In this document: piece after piece, positions 37,782 through 48,300 of the stretch
How the letters are laid out: each line of letters begins with the position of its first letter
How positions within the stretch are numbered: position 1 is the first letter of the stretch
NCBI GenBank assembly: GCA_018883165.1
Contig: VEQN01000005.1
Coordinates: forward strand, 1 to 52,874
Length of the DNA: 52,874 bases
DNA from: Candidatus Tayloriibacteriota bacterium
Lineage (GTDB): Bacteria > Patescibacteriota > Minisyncoccia > Phycocordibacterales > CAIZLB01
Direction of reading: 5' to 3'
Notes under the pieces: generated by a model
Told to the model about the DNA's origin: nothing
What the model saw: only the letters and a program-made list of their open reading frames with translations
Databases searched by the model: none
Position numbers and translations under genes: made by a program

Positions 37782-39632
37782 TCACATCTTTAATGGTACT
37801 TGAATACCTAAGACTTTGAGGCCATTTTTAAGGACAATATGGAATGCTCGTACCACCGCTACTTTATATCTTGATTCAAAATCATCAATTTGGACAATTG
37901 GAACTGATGCATAGAATGAATTAAATGCAGCAGCTAACTCCATCAGGTATGTTGCAACTACATGAGGAGACTCTTCGCTTTGTGCCTTTTCAAGAGTTTC
38001 CGGGAATCGCACCAACAAGTTCTCAAGTCTTCCAAGTTTAGCTGATGTCTCGGATGGTATTACTGAGATATCAGACACATCAACCATTTCAATGATTCCT
38101 TCTCTTTGTGCCTTATCGAGCACAGACTTTGCTCGTACACATGAATATTGGAGATATGGTCCAGAATCACCTTCAAATGACAATGACTTCTCAGGGTCAA
38201 ATACAACATCCTTACCAATTGCTTGTCGAAGTACTGTGTATTTAATTGCAGCAACCGCAATCATTTCTGCTGCTTTTTTCTTGTCTTCATCTGGCATATC
38301 ACGTTCTTTCATTTTCGAAAGAGCAAGATCAATCATTGATGCAATGAGTGATTCACCTGTAATAACATCGCCCGTTCGTGATGACATCTTACCTGTTGTG
38401 AGTCGAAGCATCCCATGAGAAATATGTCTTGCTTTACTTCCAAACTCCGGGAAGAGTTCTCTAAGGATACACAAAGACACTTTGAAGAAATCATCTTGCT
38501 CATTTGCGGTTACAGTAATGCCATCATCATACTGAAACGCGCCGTATTTCATCGGTGCAAGCCCTATCTCCTTCCCGTCATATGTTGGAAGTCCTTGTCT
38601 TGTGATTAAGACTCGAGTATGAAGTCCGTATTTTTCACCTGGAAAAATAACAGCGCCATTACTCTCCTCAAACAATTTCTTACCCTCTGGTACTGTATGT
38701 TCTTTAATTATGTTCAATGCATCTATAGATGCAGCGCTCTCAAAGAAATACCTATCAAACTTCGTACCCAGAAGCTGGTACAATTCTTCAAAACTTTGAA
38801 GACTCCATTCCTTTCCAAGATCATATATCTCGTTAATCTCAGGATCAGTTCTGAAATATATTGCCTTGTTAATATTCTGTACCTCTTCGTCAATTTTCAA
38901 AAACTCTTCACTGTTAGCAAGACCGGCTTCATTAACCTGCCCCGCCTTCTTTGATGCATCCTCTACCTCTTTGTATTTTGTAGCACCAAGAGCATATGCT
39001 TTTCCAAAAAATGCCACCCTCTCTGAAAGAGGCACTGATTCATCAGGGAGAAAACCTATATGATTCCCTTCTTTGTATTCGGGCATCAATCGAAGACCCC
39101 ATATGGTGAGTGCAACATGTCTTCCAACATCTCCTTGGTAACAAAAACGCTTTACCTCAGCTCCTTGCGTTTCTGTAAGTCGAGCAAGAGATTCTCCGAT
39201 CGTGTTGGCCATCAAATGACCAATATGAAATACCTTAAATGGATTAGGGTCTGTATATTCATACAACACTTTCTTCGGAGCACCTCCGATTACCAAGTTT
39301 TTTGACTTTCCAAACAAGTCCCCTTCCTCGAGGATTTTTGCAATTACTTCCTTGGTAGCTTTTCGTGTCACATAGAAGTTAATGAAACCTGGCCCAGCCA
39401 CCTCAATTTTATCTATACTAGAAATCTGTTTTTCCTTCAGTTTGTCTACAAATTCAATGGCAAGTGCAAGCGGTGATTTACTTGCTTTTTTCGCAAGCAC
39501 AAGCGCGATACTTGTGGCAAAATCTCCTTTTGCCATATCAGCTGGTCTTTCAAGTACAATATCTAGATTAAGGTCTTTGTACCCCAACTCTTCTACAACA
39601 GTAGTTAATGCTTGTTTTATAGCGTGTCTCAT
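37782..39632 (-). CDS. argS: Arginine--tRNA ligase
   Basis: GDFAT, AGPGFINF, EYTDPNPFK.FHIGH, KMSSRTG, GDSGPYLQY. Confidence 0.97.
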   Translation of the reverse strand: MRHAIKQALTTVVEELGYKDLNLDIVLERPADMAKGDFATSIALVLAKKASKSPLALAIEFVDKLKEKQISSIDKIEVAGPGFINFYVTRKATKEVIAKILEEGDLFGKSKNLVIGGAPKKVLYEYTDPNPFKVFHIGHLMANTIGESLARLTETQGAEVKRFCYQGDVGRHVALTIWGLRLMPEYKEGNHIGFLPDESVPLSERVAFFGKAYALGATKYKEVEDASKKAGQVNEAGLANSEEFLKIDEEVQNINKAIYFRTDPEINEIYDLGKEWSLQSFEELYQLLGTKFDRYFFESAASIDALNIIKEHTVPEGKKLFEESNGAVIFPGEKYGLHTRVLITRQGLPTYDGKEIGLAPMKYGAFQYDDGITVTANEQDDFFKVSLCILRELFPEFGSKARHISHGMLRLTTGKMSSRTGDVITGESLIASMIDLALSKMKERDMPDEDKKKAAEMIAVAAIKYTVLRQAIGKDVVFDPEKSLSFEGDSGPYLQYSCVRAKSVLDKAQREGIIEMVDVSDISVIPSETSAKLGRLENLLVRFPETLEKAQSEESPHVVATYLMELAAAFNSFYASVPIVQIDDFESRYKVAVVRAFHIVLKNGLKVLGIQVPLKM

Positions 39633-39669
39633 TTAGACATTATATATCACAAGACGGGAGTATTGGAAA

Positions 39670-40650
39670 TTACCTCTCCAAGTACGCAGGAAGTGGTCGA
39701 CAGCCGAGGAACACATGGTCTGTATTTTGCATACCATCTGAACCAATAAATTTACCTGCCTTACATGTGAGTTTGTCTTTGAATGGAGCACATGATGTAC
39801 CAGCCTTTACAGAGCTTCTTGAGTAGAGATCGATGGTTTCACCCTCCTTAAGTACCTTACCTGCACGTGTACATACAAGTTCTTTCTTTACTCCTGTATC
39901 ATCTCCACAAGAGATTTCTGTGAATGATCCACTGAGTACTCCGTTTACACAACTTCGTTCTTCTGACTGGCAACTACCATCATCAGCTTGTGCACCGAAG
40001 TATGTGAAGCTTTGACCATCAGCAATGACTGTTCCATATGGTCCAGTACATGAGTTTAGGTTTGAAGTGAGAGATACCTTGTCGAATTCTACCCACCCTA
40101 CTACATCAGATCCCCATGCGTATCCTGTGAACTTTTGTGCTGGAGGATTACCAGAAACACTTCCTGAGAGTGTCACACCCTGGAGACTAATCCAACCGTC
40201 CCATCCGCCGCGGTTGTCAGCAGCACTCAATCCTCCTGTGTTTAAATCTGGTGAGATTGCAGCAATTTCACTGTTTGTCATCCCCGCCACCGCACGTGCC
40301 CAACCAGAGAGAGCACTACCTGAGAGTCTAGAGTTAGTACCACGTGTTGAATCAGGTACAGATGACCAATTACCGAACTTTACCCATCCGATGTTTTCAG
40401 ACCATGCAAACCCATCTAGGTTACCTTGTGCATCTACTGTTACTGGTTTAGAACCATCATTAAATGAGATCCATCCAATGTTTTCAGACCATGCATATCC
40501 CACAAGTCGTTGTGGTGGTATTGAGGTGTTTCCGGTTTGGGCTTCTCCTGAACGAGTAGACAATGCTGTACCTACAATGAGTACAACTGCCGTTACAGCA
40601 AAGATTCCAAAGTTTTTAATATATTTAGTAATTTTTGAGGTCATGATCAA
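39670..40650 (-). CDS. Secreted protein with G(Y/F)AWS.N.GW repeats and Cys-rich C-terminal repeats
   Basis: GYAWSENIGWISF, GFAWSENIGWVKF, GWDGWISL, GYAWGSDVVGWVEF; two C...G.....G....C.....C..G units. Confidence 0.75.
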   Translation of the reverse strand: MIMTSKITKYIKNFGIFAVTAVVLIVGTALSTRSGEAQTGNTSIPPQRLVGYAWSENIGWISFNDGSKPVTVDAQGNLDGFAWSENIGWVKFGNWSSVPDSTRGTNSRLSGSALSGWARAVAGMTNSEIAAISPDLNTGGLSAADNRGGWDGWISLQGVTLSGSVSGNPPAQKFTGYAWGSDVVGWVEFDKVSLTSNLNSCTGPYGTVIADGQSFTYFGAQADDGSCQSEERSCVNGVLSGSFTEISCGDDTGVKKELVCTRAGKVLKEGETIDLYSRSSVKAGTSCAPFKDKLTCKAGKFIGSDGMQNTDHVFLGCRPLPAYLER

Positions 40651-40719
40651 AGTTCTGTTAATTTATACTTGTATAAATAATACCACAAGGAGAATCTCAA
40701 TACACCACCCTATTGTGAA

Positions 40720-41616
40720 TTATTTCGTATAACTAAACGTTTCAACAAAACCGTCGATGATTGAGGTATCGTCACCACCATTGATATTAACGATAATATA
40801 CAATGACGGTTCCAGAGCAATGACTCGAGTTTCCCTTTTGGTGGTGCCTACAAAGATTGGATCTCCATTCATCGTGTACCCATCCGGAGATATCTTCACG
40901 AAATCAATATTACCTTCTGTATTTGGTACACCCTTAACCCAAGATGAATCTTCAGATCTATATGAAAGAATGAAATCGCCTCGAGTAGCATCGGAAGTCT
41001 TAACCACAGCGGTCTTTGCAATACTGATGACGATCTTATTTTTTCCATATTTTCCCACGTTTTGAATTGCAATCAATCCTGTCTTATCACTTATTGACCA
41101 AGTCTCATCAATCTTAAACCCGATATCATTCTTCTCGCTTATATATGTGTTAGTAAGTTGATCAATGTGATCTTTTGGAGCAAACTTTCCTGTACGTGTT
41201 ATGACACTTATGGACCCAGTAGAAGTTGAATATGTTGCTTTTGAACCACTTGAGGAGGCATTCTGTAAGTACAAATCAACATCACTCAGTTTTGATGTCG
41301 TACTTGGTTCACTGTAGAAATAGTCAGGATTCTTCGCTACACCGCCCGATACAATGAGTCTTGGTCCATCAGGTGTAGGATTACTGCTTGTTGCCGTGTA
41401 TGCGATATATGTAGGGCTATCTGAAAGCTTCCGGAAAAGTGCCTCTCGAGGCTCTTCAGCAGTAACACTCTCGGTAATTCCTTGCTCAGTAACAACTGTC
41501 ATTGGCTCTGAAATACCCTTAGTTTTTGAAGAAAAAAAAGATGTATTTTGAAACACCAATGTAATAACTGCTATCAATACCACAAAAAGAATGATCTGAT
41601 AGATATGCTGTTTCAT
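40720..41616 (-). CDS. Membrane-anchored hypothetical protein
   Basis: N-terminal TM; start reassigned to ATG 41616, 6 nt after TGcTATACT. Confidence 0.7.
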   Translation of the reverse strand: MKQHIYQIILFVVLIAVITLVFQNTSFFSSKTKGISEPMTVVTEQGITESVTAEEPREALFRKLSDSPTYIAYTATSSNPTPDGPRLIVSGGVAKNPDYFYSEPSTTSKLSDVDLYLQNASSSGSKATYSTSTGSISVITRTGKFAPKDHIDQLTNTYISEKNDIGFKIDETWSISDKTGLIAIQNVGKYGKNKIVISIAKTAVVKTSDATRGDFILSYRSEDSSWVKGVPNTEGNIDFVKISPDGYTMNGDPIFVGTTKRETRVIALEPSLYIIVNINGGDDTSIIDGFVETFSYTK

Positions 41617-41716
41617 ACAGAAAGTATAGCACAACATAATTTAACATCTTCAAAGTGCTACACAACCCTTCTCATCGTGATACGATATATGTACTTACCA
41701 CGTAATCAACAAAACC

Positions 41717-42649
41717 ATGATTAATCCTCACGACGAAGAATACTTAAAACTCTTGAGACATATCAAGGAATATGGTGCACGAAAGACAGATCGAACTGGT
41801 ACCGGAACAATTTCAGTTTTTGGATATCAAATGAGGTTTGATTTGCAAAAAGGTTTTCCTCTGCTCACCACAAAGAAAGTATTCTTAACGGGAATTATTC
41901 ATGAACTTCTTTGGTTTTTGAATGGAGACACAAACTTAAAATACCTCGCAGAGAGAAATGTCCATATATGGGATGAGTGGCCATACAAAGCATATTTAGT
42001 TGCAAACAACTTACCAGTACCAAAATCTGATTCAGATGAATGGAAAACGGGTATTAAGGATTTTGTTGCGAAAATAGTTTCTGATGAAAAATTTGCAACA
42101 ACATATGGAAATCTTGGCCCAATCTATGGATACCAGTGGAGGCACTGGAAGACACCAGACGGACGTGAAATTGATCAAATGAAGGACATTGTGAACATGA
42201 TTAAAAAATCACCAGATTCACGCAGAATCATCGTTAGTGCATGGAATCCTGCTGATATTGATGAGATGGCAAAAGCAGGTCTCCCACCTTGCCACTGTCT
42301 CTTTCAATTTTATGTAGCAAACAATAAGCTTTCATGCCAACTCTACCAAAGAAGCTGTGATGTATTTCTTGGTGTACCATTTAACATTGCTTCATATGCA
42401 CTTCTCACGATGATGATTGCGCAAGTTTGTGGATTAGAGCCGGGAGAATTTGTATGGACAGGAGGAGACACTCATCTATACATCAACCACCTCAACCAAG
42501 TGGAAGAGCAGCTTTCAAGAGAAGCTAGACCTGCACCAACTATGCACATAAACAAAGATGTGAAAGATCTATTTGAATTTACATTTGAAGACTTCACACT
42601 TGAAGGATATGACCCCCACCCCGCAATTAAAGCCCCTATCGCAGTTTAA
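41717..42649 (+). CDS. thyA: Thymidylate synthase
   Basis: [51 protein letters not shown]. Confidence 0.99.
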   Translation: MINPHDEEYLKLLRHIKEYGARKTDRTGTGTISVFGYQMRFDLQKGFPLLTTKKVFLTGIIHELLWFLNGDTNLKYLAERNVHIWDEWPYKAYLVANNLPVPKSDSDEWKTGIKDFVAKIVSDEKFATTYGNLGPIYGYQWRHWKTPDGREIDQMKDIVNMIKKSPDSRRIIVSAWNPADIDEMAKAGLPPCHCLFQFYVANNKLSCQLYQRSCDVFLGVPFNIASYALLTMMIAQVCGLEPGEFVWTGGDTHLYINHLNQVEEQLSREARPAPTMHINKDVKDLFEFTFEDFTLEGYDPHPAIKAPIAV

Positions 42650-42654
42650 TCGCC

Positions 42655-43197
42655 ATGAAAGTATCCCTCATTGCAGCACTCACACTTGATGGTTTCATCG
42701 CGAGACATTCTAGCGAATTTGCATCTTGGACAAGCAAAGAAGATAAGAGACGTTTTGTATCAAAGACAAAAACAGCTGGCGTTATAATACTTGGATCAAA
42801 AACTTTTGATACTTTTCCCAAGCCCTTGCCCGACAGGTTACACATAATACATACAAGGGATGTTTCTGAGTACACAAAGAAGATTTTGGGGAAATTTAGC
42901 TGGGATACATTACCAGAAAACATATTAATAACATCCAAGGAACCGGAGGATGTGCTGGAAGATTTGGAGAAACGAGGTTTTTCAGAGGTATTCATTTGTG
43001 GAGGCTCACAGATATATTCTCTATACCTCAATGCCAATCTAATTAACTACCTGTACCTCACGATTGAACCTGTACTTTTTGGTTCTGGTATTTCCCTTTT
43101 TAATTCTGAATGTGACTTTAAACTGAGACTCATATCCGAGGAGAGAACAGAATTAGGAACCCTTCTTTTGGAGCATGAGATACTCCAAAATAGCTAA
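42655..43197 (+). CDS. folA: Dihydrofolate reductase
   Basis: LIAA...G.I, ED..RF, ILG.KTF...PLPDR, FICGG.QIY; follows thyA. Confidence 0.88.
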   Translation: MKVSLIAALTLDGFIARHSSEFASWTSKEDKRRFVSKTKTAGVIILGSKTFDTFPKPLPDRLHIIHTRDVSEYTKKILGKFSWDTLPENILITSKEPEDVLEDLEKRGFSEVFICGGSQIYSLYLNANLINYLYLTIEPVLFGSGISLFNSECDFKLRLISEERTELGTLLLEHEILQNS

Positions 43198-43256
43198 TGC
43201 AGCCTAGTTTTTTTGGCTATTGTTTTTAGACATACAGAGGTATACACTTTGGATAT

Positions 43257-43754
43257 ATGAAAAAGAGTAAAAAGGATTCTAGACCAACCTGGGACGAATA
43301 CTTCATGTCACTTGCAGATGTTGTAGGTCAGCGTGGAACATGTGATCGAGGTAAGTCTGGCTGCGTCATCATGAAAGACAAAAGAATTCTGACGACCGGA
43401 TATGTTGGTGCGCCCATGGGGCTTCCCCACTGTGATGAAGCTGGGCATGAAATGCACAAAGTTACTCACGAAGACGGTACTGAATCAATGCACTGCATCA
43501 GAACGGTACATGCAGAGCAAAATGCAATTGTACAAGCAGCAAGGATTGGAATATCACTCGAGGGTTCAACTCTGTATTGCAAAATGACACCATGTTACGT
43601 ATGTGCAAAGTTAATCATAAACTCAGGGATTGTACGAGTGGTTGCATCTAAAGACTATCATGCAGCAAAGCAGACCAAGCGAGTGTTTAAGCAGGCGAAA
43701 ATAAAGCTTGAAATACTAAACAAAGAAGTAGAGACGTACGCAAATATGAAATAA
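43257..43754 (+). CDS. dCMP deaminase (ComEB-like)
   Basis: RP.WDEYFM, R.TC.R, TGY.G, HAEQNAI, PC..CAK. Confidence 0.93.
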   Translation: MKKSKKDSRPTWDEYFMSLADVVGQRGTCDRGKSGCVIMKDKRILTTGYVGAPMGLPHCDEAGHEMHKVTHEDGTESMHCIRTVHAEQNAIVQAARIGISLEGSTLYCKMTPCYVCAKLIINSGIVRVVASKDYHAAKQTKRVFKQAKIKLEILNKEVETYANMK

Positions 43755-43758
43755 ATAT

Positions 43759-44196
43759 ATGAAAGAAAAAATAAAACTCAAGATTAAACGACTACATCCG
43801 AATGCAAAATTGCCGAGCTACGCCCATCACGGTGATGCAGGTTTTGATTTGTTCGTACCAGAAAGTGTGACCATGGAACCAGGTGACCGAAAGACCATCC
43901 CTCTTGGTGTAGCCATGGAAATCCCTGACGGATATGTCGGATTGATGTTTGATAAAAGTAGCCTGTCACATAAACACGGGTTGAAAACTTTTGGTAACGT
44001 CATCGACTCTGGATACCGAGGTGAAATTCACGCAGGTCTCATGAATCAATCAAAGAATACATATACCCTTGAAGCCGGTCAGAAGATTATTCAAATGCTT
44101 ATCATTCCAGTTGAGACAGTTGATATTGAAGAAACCGACATTTTAAATGAATCAGATAGAGGGACTGGAGGTTTTGGTAGCACAGGTAAAAATTAA
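43759..44196 (+). CDS. dut: dUTP diphosphatase
   Basis: GDAGFDL, KSS, VIDSGYRGE, I.Q, RG.GGFGSTG. Confidence 0.97.
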   Translation: MKEKIKLKIKRLHPNAKLPSYAHHGDAGFDLFVPESVTMEPGDRKTIPLGVAMEIPDGYVGLMFDKSSLSHKHGLKTFGNVIDSGYRGEIHAGLMNQSKNTYTLEAGQKIIQMLIIPVETVDIEETDILNESDRGTGGFGSTGKN

Positions 44197-44206
44197 TACG
44201 GGCACA

Positions 44207-44241
44207 AATAAAAAACCACCCGGTTGGGTGGTTTTTTATTT
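44207..44241. terminator. Bidirectional terminator (dut / rplK)
   Basis: aaataaaaaaccaccc-ggtt-gggtggttttttattt. Confidence 0.9.
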
Positions 44242-44254
44242 TATCCCAGAGTGA

Positions 44255-44680
44255 TTATCCAATTACTTCGATTCCGAGTGATCGACATGTACCTTCAATC
44301 ATTTTCATTGCACCTTCAATGTCTTTTGCATTGAGATCAGGCATCTTCTTTTCAGCGATTTCTCGAACCTGAGCTCGTGTAATCTTACCTACTTTCTTTG
44401 TATTCGGAGTTCCTGAACCCGACTCAAGATTGATTGCCTTCTTGATGAGGTTTGCTGCTGGTGGAGTCTTTAGGATGAAATCGTATGATCGATCTTCATA
44501 TACGCTGATTACTGTTGGGATAACATCACCGGCCATTTTAGCTGTTGCATCGTTGAACTTCTTTACGAATTCACCGATGTTAATACCAGCCTGTCCAAGT
44601 GCAGGACCGATTGGTGGAGCGGGAGTTGCTTTAGCTGCAGGAATCTGGAGCTTAAGCTGTTTAATGATTTTCTTTGCCAT
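44255..44680 (-). CDS. rplK: 50S ribosomal protein uL11
   Basis: [32 protein letters not shown]. Confidence 0.99.
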   Translation of the reverse strand: MAKKIIKQLKLQIPAAKATPAPPIGPALGQAGINIGEFVKKFNDATAKMAGDVIPTVISVYEDRSYDFILKTPPAANLIKKAINLESGSGTPNTKKVGKITRAQVREIAEKKMPDLNAKDIEGAMKMIEGTCRSLGIEVIG

Positions 44681-44782
44681 AAATTTGTTTGTGTATATAA
44701 CTTATATTTAAATATCCTTAAATTTATGGCCATATCTTCAGTAGAAGCTCTTGAGAGACTGGCCAAGTGAGGATACTGTACC

Positions 44783-45325
44783 TTACATTCTCTTTACTTG
44801 CAAGAAGTCGAGTTCCACAGGAGTTTCTCGTCCAAACATCGATACAAGTACCTTTACCTTACCTCGATCACTATCAACCTCTGACACCTTACCTTCTAGA
44901 TCCTTGAATGGACCATCAGTAATAATAATGAGATCACCAGCTGAGAGGTCAATTGTATGCTTAATATTATCTGTACTCATTCTCTTAAAGAGTGTTTCCA
45001 CCTCATTCTTATCAAGTGGCACAGGTGTTGTACCTGAACCTACGAAACCTGTTACTCGAGGAGTGTTTCGAACCACGTACCATGAATCATCTGTTACAAT
45101 CATATCTACAAGTACGTAGCCAGGATATATTTTCTCCTCTTCCTCTACTCGCTTACCCGCCTTAATTTTAATCTTCTTCTCCGTAGGAACAATTGCATTG
45201 AAGATCTTGTCTTCCATACCTAGAGATTCGATTCGCTGTTTTAAGTTTCGAAGTACCGCATTCTCGTACCCTGCATATGTGTGTACTGCGTACCAATTTC
45301 TTTCACCTTGAACTTGTTTTGACAT
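44783..45325 (-). CDS. nusG: Transcription factor NusG
   Basis: WYAVHTYAGYE, YPGYVLV.M, VRNTP.VTGFVG, KOW DGPF, FGRETPVEL. Confidence 0.99.
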   Translation of the reverse strand: MSKQVQGERNWYAVHTYAGYENAVLRNLKQRIESLGMEDKIFNAIVPTEKKIKIKAGKRVEEEEKIYPGYVLVDMIVTDDSWYVVRNTPRVTGFVGSGTTPVPLDKNEVETLFKRMSTDNIKHTIDLSAGDLIIITDGPFKDLEGKVSEVDSDRGKVKVLVSMFGRETPVELDFLQVKRM

Positions 45326-45364
45326 ATGTAATTTAAGTTAAGTTAGTAAATATACTCCAAAGTA

Positions 45365-45556
45365 TTAGTATCCAAGTGATGGAACTACATATTTGATGAG
45401 TGAGACAAAAATTGAATCAAATACACCGAGATATGCTGATACCACGAGTGAAAGAACTATTACCACAACCGTATACTGAGTAGCCTGTTTTTTAGTTGGC
45501 CAAGTTACATGCTGCATTTCAGCCTTTGTTTCATTTATATATTGCTTTAGTCCCAT
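45365..45556 (-). CDS. secE: Preprotein translocase SecE
   Basis: E...EM.HVTWPT plus one TM with D; upstream of nusG; start ATG 45556. Confidence 0.93.
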   Translation of the reverse strand: MGLKQYINETKAEMQHVTWPTKKQATQYTVVVIVLSLVVSAYLGVFDSIFVSLIKYVVPSLGY

Positions 45557-45692
45557 ATATGTATTCTTAAATTGATTCCTATTAATTTTTGTATTTAAAA
45601 ACACCCTTCCGGGTGCTTTCTCATATTGACCATATTCTATTACTTTTATGCATTTTGTCAATTAGGCTTGTGGGCGTATATAATATGGAGAT

Positions 45693-46436
45693 ATGCCACC
45701 AAAGCAAGGTCAAAACACCCCCCACATGTCAGTAGTGATACCTGCTTTTAATGAAGAGGATCGACTTGGGCGAACACTTACCGAGGCATCACTCTTCTTT
45801 TCTATCAAACCATACGTCACTGAAATCATAGTCGTTGATGATGGATCAAAAGACAAAACCATTAAGCTAGTGATGAAAGCATTCAACGATCGAGAGATGC
45901 GAAAATTGAAGAATATTAAACCATATTTGAAACGACATACTTTCAATCAAGGTAAAGGTGCAGCAGTTCAAACTGGCATAAAGGCGGCATCTGGTAGCCA
46001 TGTACTTATAATCGACGCCGACGGAGCTACACCAATTAGTGAATTTGATAAGCTGTACAAAGAGATCCACACACATCCAATAGTAATCGGTTCTAGAGAC
46101 ATTGGTTCTGAAGACCGCACCCTTCAAGGGATTCTTAGAAAAGTTATTGGAAAAACAGCACGGATGATCACAAAATTATTATTTAATCTACCCGTCTCTG
46201 ATACCCAATGTGGCTTTAAGATATTTGAAACTACTCTTGCTAAACAACTAGCTGAAGATCAGATAACCAAAAGGTTTGGATTTGATGTTGAATACTTAGT
46301 AAAAGCCCACAAACGAGGAGCACATATTAAAGAAGTAGGTATTAGGTGGCACGACAAAGCTGGTGGAAAAGTAGATCCAATCAAAGATTCGTTTCGTACA
46401 CTGAAGGAATTACTTAAGATTAAGAAGCATATATAA
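45693..46436 (+). CDS. GT2 glycosyltransferase (dolichyl-phosphate glucosyltransferase-like)
   Basis: SVVIPAFNE, VDDGS.D, N.GKG.AV, DADG, DTQCGFK.F, FDVE. Confidence 0.92.
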   Translation: MPPKQGQNTPHMSVVIPAFNEEDRLGRTLTEASLFFSIKPYVTEIIVVDDGSKDKTIKLVMKAFNDREMRKLKNIKPYLKRHTFNQGKGAAVQTGIKAASGSHVLIIDADGATPISEFDKLYKEIHTHPIVIGSRDIGSEDRTLQGILRKVIGKTARMITKLLFNLPVSDTQCGFKIFETTLAKQLAEDQITKRFGFDVEYLVKAHKRGAHIKEVGIRWHDKAGGKVDPIKDSFRTLKELLKIKKHI

Positions 46437-46468
46437 AAAGACCCACAACCCTGTGGGTCTTTTTATAT
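46431..46468. terminator. Bidirectional terminator
   Basis: atataaaaagacccaca-accc-tgtgggtctttttatat. Confidence 0.88.
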
Positions 46469-46484
46469 TACTCACCTTTGTCCC

Positions 46485-47366
46485 TTATCTAATCAAGTAT
46501 GTAAGAGTAACTTCTGATTCAATCTTGTTTGTACCTGTTGGTAGTTCAGGTGCTGGCATTGCAGCTTCAGATTTCACACGAGCACTCATCATATCGTATG
46601 CTGGATAGTACCCCATTCCACCTTCGTTGAAACCAGTTACTCGAACAAGCTTCACGCCAAGCTGCTTAGCAAGCGCCTCCGCTTCGTGTCGTGCCTTGAG
46701 AATAGCTTCTTCTCGAACTTTTTTCTTAAGAGCTTCTGGTTCATCAATTGAACTTACAGGATTACTAGCTTTTGCCCCATTAGCTGCAATTTCAGCTACA
46801 AGAGTACCAACTTTTTTAGAATCATCTTTAATGTCTCTAACTTTAACCTGAAGTGTTTGTGTGGTTTCAAATCCAGTTGGTACAGATTCTGTAATTCCAC
46901 AAGGCTGTGGAGGTATAATACCAATTGAAGGTTCAGCTCTTACACTCTTCGCTGCAGGACATGGTTCATACCTTGTTCCATACTTCTCGTTTGTATAGTA
47001 GTAAGTAGTTTTAATATCATTCTCCTTAATACCAGCTTTTCTGAGTGAGGCAAGAACATTAGATTCGATTACCGCCGCTTTTGATGTTGACTCAGATTCA
47101 GTTGTTCCCTGACTGTTTATTGTAACTGTAAAAGTAGTCACATCTGGTTTTACAAACATTTCTGACCTACCTGTTACACTAATACTTCCATACTGTGCAG
47201 CTATTGATGTGTCTTCACCAATTGTTGAATATGTTTTAACTTCATTTACAGTCTTTACAAGTACAAACAAAGTTAAGACACCAATACAGATAGCTCCAAT
47301 ACCTTTAAGAAAACCATTGAGTTGTTCTGGTGTGAAATTAAAATGATGTGCGTCTTGTGGATTCAT
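46485..47366 (-). CDS. SIMPL (DUF541) domain protein
   Basis: ISVTG......PD, GI...DIKT, AI..AR..A..LA..LGVKL. Confidence 0.9.
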   Translation of the reverse strand: MNPQDAHHFNFTPEQLNGFLKGIGAICIGVLTLFVLVKTVNEVKTYSTIGEDTSIAAQYGSISVTGRSEMFVKPDVTTFTVTINSQGTTESESTSKAAVIESNVLASLRKAGIKENDIKTTYYYTNEKYGTRYEPCPAAKSVRAEPSIGIIPPQPCGITESVPTGFETTQTLQVKVRDIKDDSKKVGTLVAEIAANGAKASNPVSSIDEPEALKKKVREEAILKARHEAEALAKQLGVKLVRVTGFNEGGMGYYPAYDMMSARVKSEAAMPAPELPTGTNKIESEVTLTYLIR

Positions 47367-47420
47367 AATATACAGACATATGTCGATTAACTAATATGTA
47401 GATATTATATCACACCTCTC

Positions 47421-48284
47421 CTATCCCTTCTTTATAATTCGTGTATATGCATCAAAAAGGTTCTGAAACAAGGATGCAACGGTCATAGGGCCAACCCCTC
47501 CCGGAACAGGTGAAATCGCATGAACAATATCTGCAACCTCATCAAAATGTACATCTCCGACCGCGACCCTCTCTGGCACTTCCTCAATTGTGATACCAAC
47601 ATCCACAACAACCTGACCCGGGCGCACATGCTGTGATCTAATTAATCGTGGCACACCAGCTGCTGCAATCAATATATCAGCGGGTGTTGTATAAAATTCT
47701 AAATTAGGTGTCTTTGAGTGACACACTGTAACTGTCGCATTTTTGTTTAAGAAGGCCATAGCTGTCGGTTTTCCAACAAGAGAAGAACGTCCCACCACAA
47801 CCACATTCCTACCTTCAATCAACACACCATTGTGTTCGAGAAGTGTAAGAATCCCTCGTGTTGTAGCAGGTACAATCCCATCTGACCTATGAACCCACAA
47901 GGCCTTAACATTCTCTGAGTGTAACCCATCAACATCTTTTAGCGGAGATATGGCCTCAACACACACCTCTCGTCGAATATGCTTTGGGACAGGCATTTGG
48001 ATAATGACACCATGTACTGAATTATCATCATTCAATGCATATATCTCTTTTAAGAGCTCATCCTCGGGTATGTTGTATGGCAGGTGAACATGTACCACCT
48101 CAACACCAATCTTCTGTCCAAACTTCTTCTTATTTTCTATGAACAACGTTGACTCTTTATTCATACCAACCTGAATAATGGCAACCTTAGGTGAAACATA
48201 CCCCTTTGAGACATAGGCATCAATGGAAGTTTTGAGCTCCGAAGCAATCTCATTTCTTAATTTTTTTCCATCGAGTAGCATCAT
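47421..48284 (-). CDS. folD: Methylenetetrahydrofolate dehydrogenase/cyclohydrolase
   Basis: KDVDG, VVVGRS.LVGKP, ATVTVCHS.T, DVGI, PVPGGVGPMTV. Confidence 0.97.
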   Translation of the reverse strand: MMLLDGKKLRNEIASELKTSIDAYVSKGYVSPKVAIIQVGMNKESTLFIENKKKFGQKIGVEVVHVHLPYNIPEDELLKEIYALNDDNSVHGVIIQMPVPKHIRREVCVEAISPLKDVDGLHSENVKALWVHRSDGIVPATTRGILTLLEHNGVLIEGRNVVVVGRSSLVGKPTAMAFLNKNATVTVCHSKTPNLEFYTTPADILIAAAGVPRLIRSQHVRPGQVVVDVGITIEEVPERVAVGDVHFDEVADIVHAISPVPGGVGPMTVASLFQNLFDAYTRIIKKG

Positions 48285-48300
48285 GAAGTGTATAGCGAAA

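Noticed and set aside
40025-40732. Long antisense ORFs (also 17851-18441, 19255-19923 and others)
   Set aside because: Shadows of well-supported genes on the opposite strand.
3975-46468. Similar hairpins (e.g. aaccaccc/gggtggtt at 6165 and 44213) as a REP/MITE family
   Set aside because: They are short, located at gene ends with A/T tails and have different loops: ordinary intrinsic terminators.
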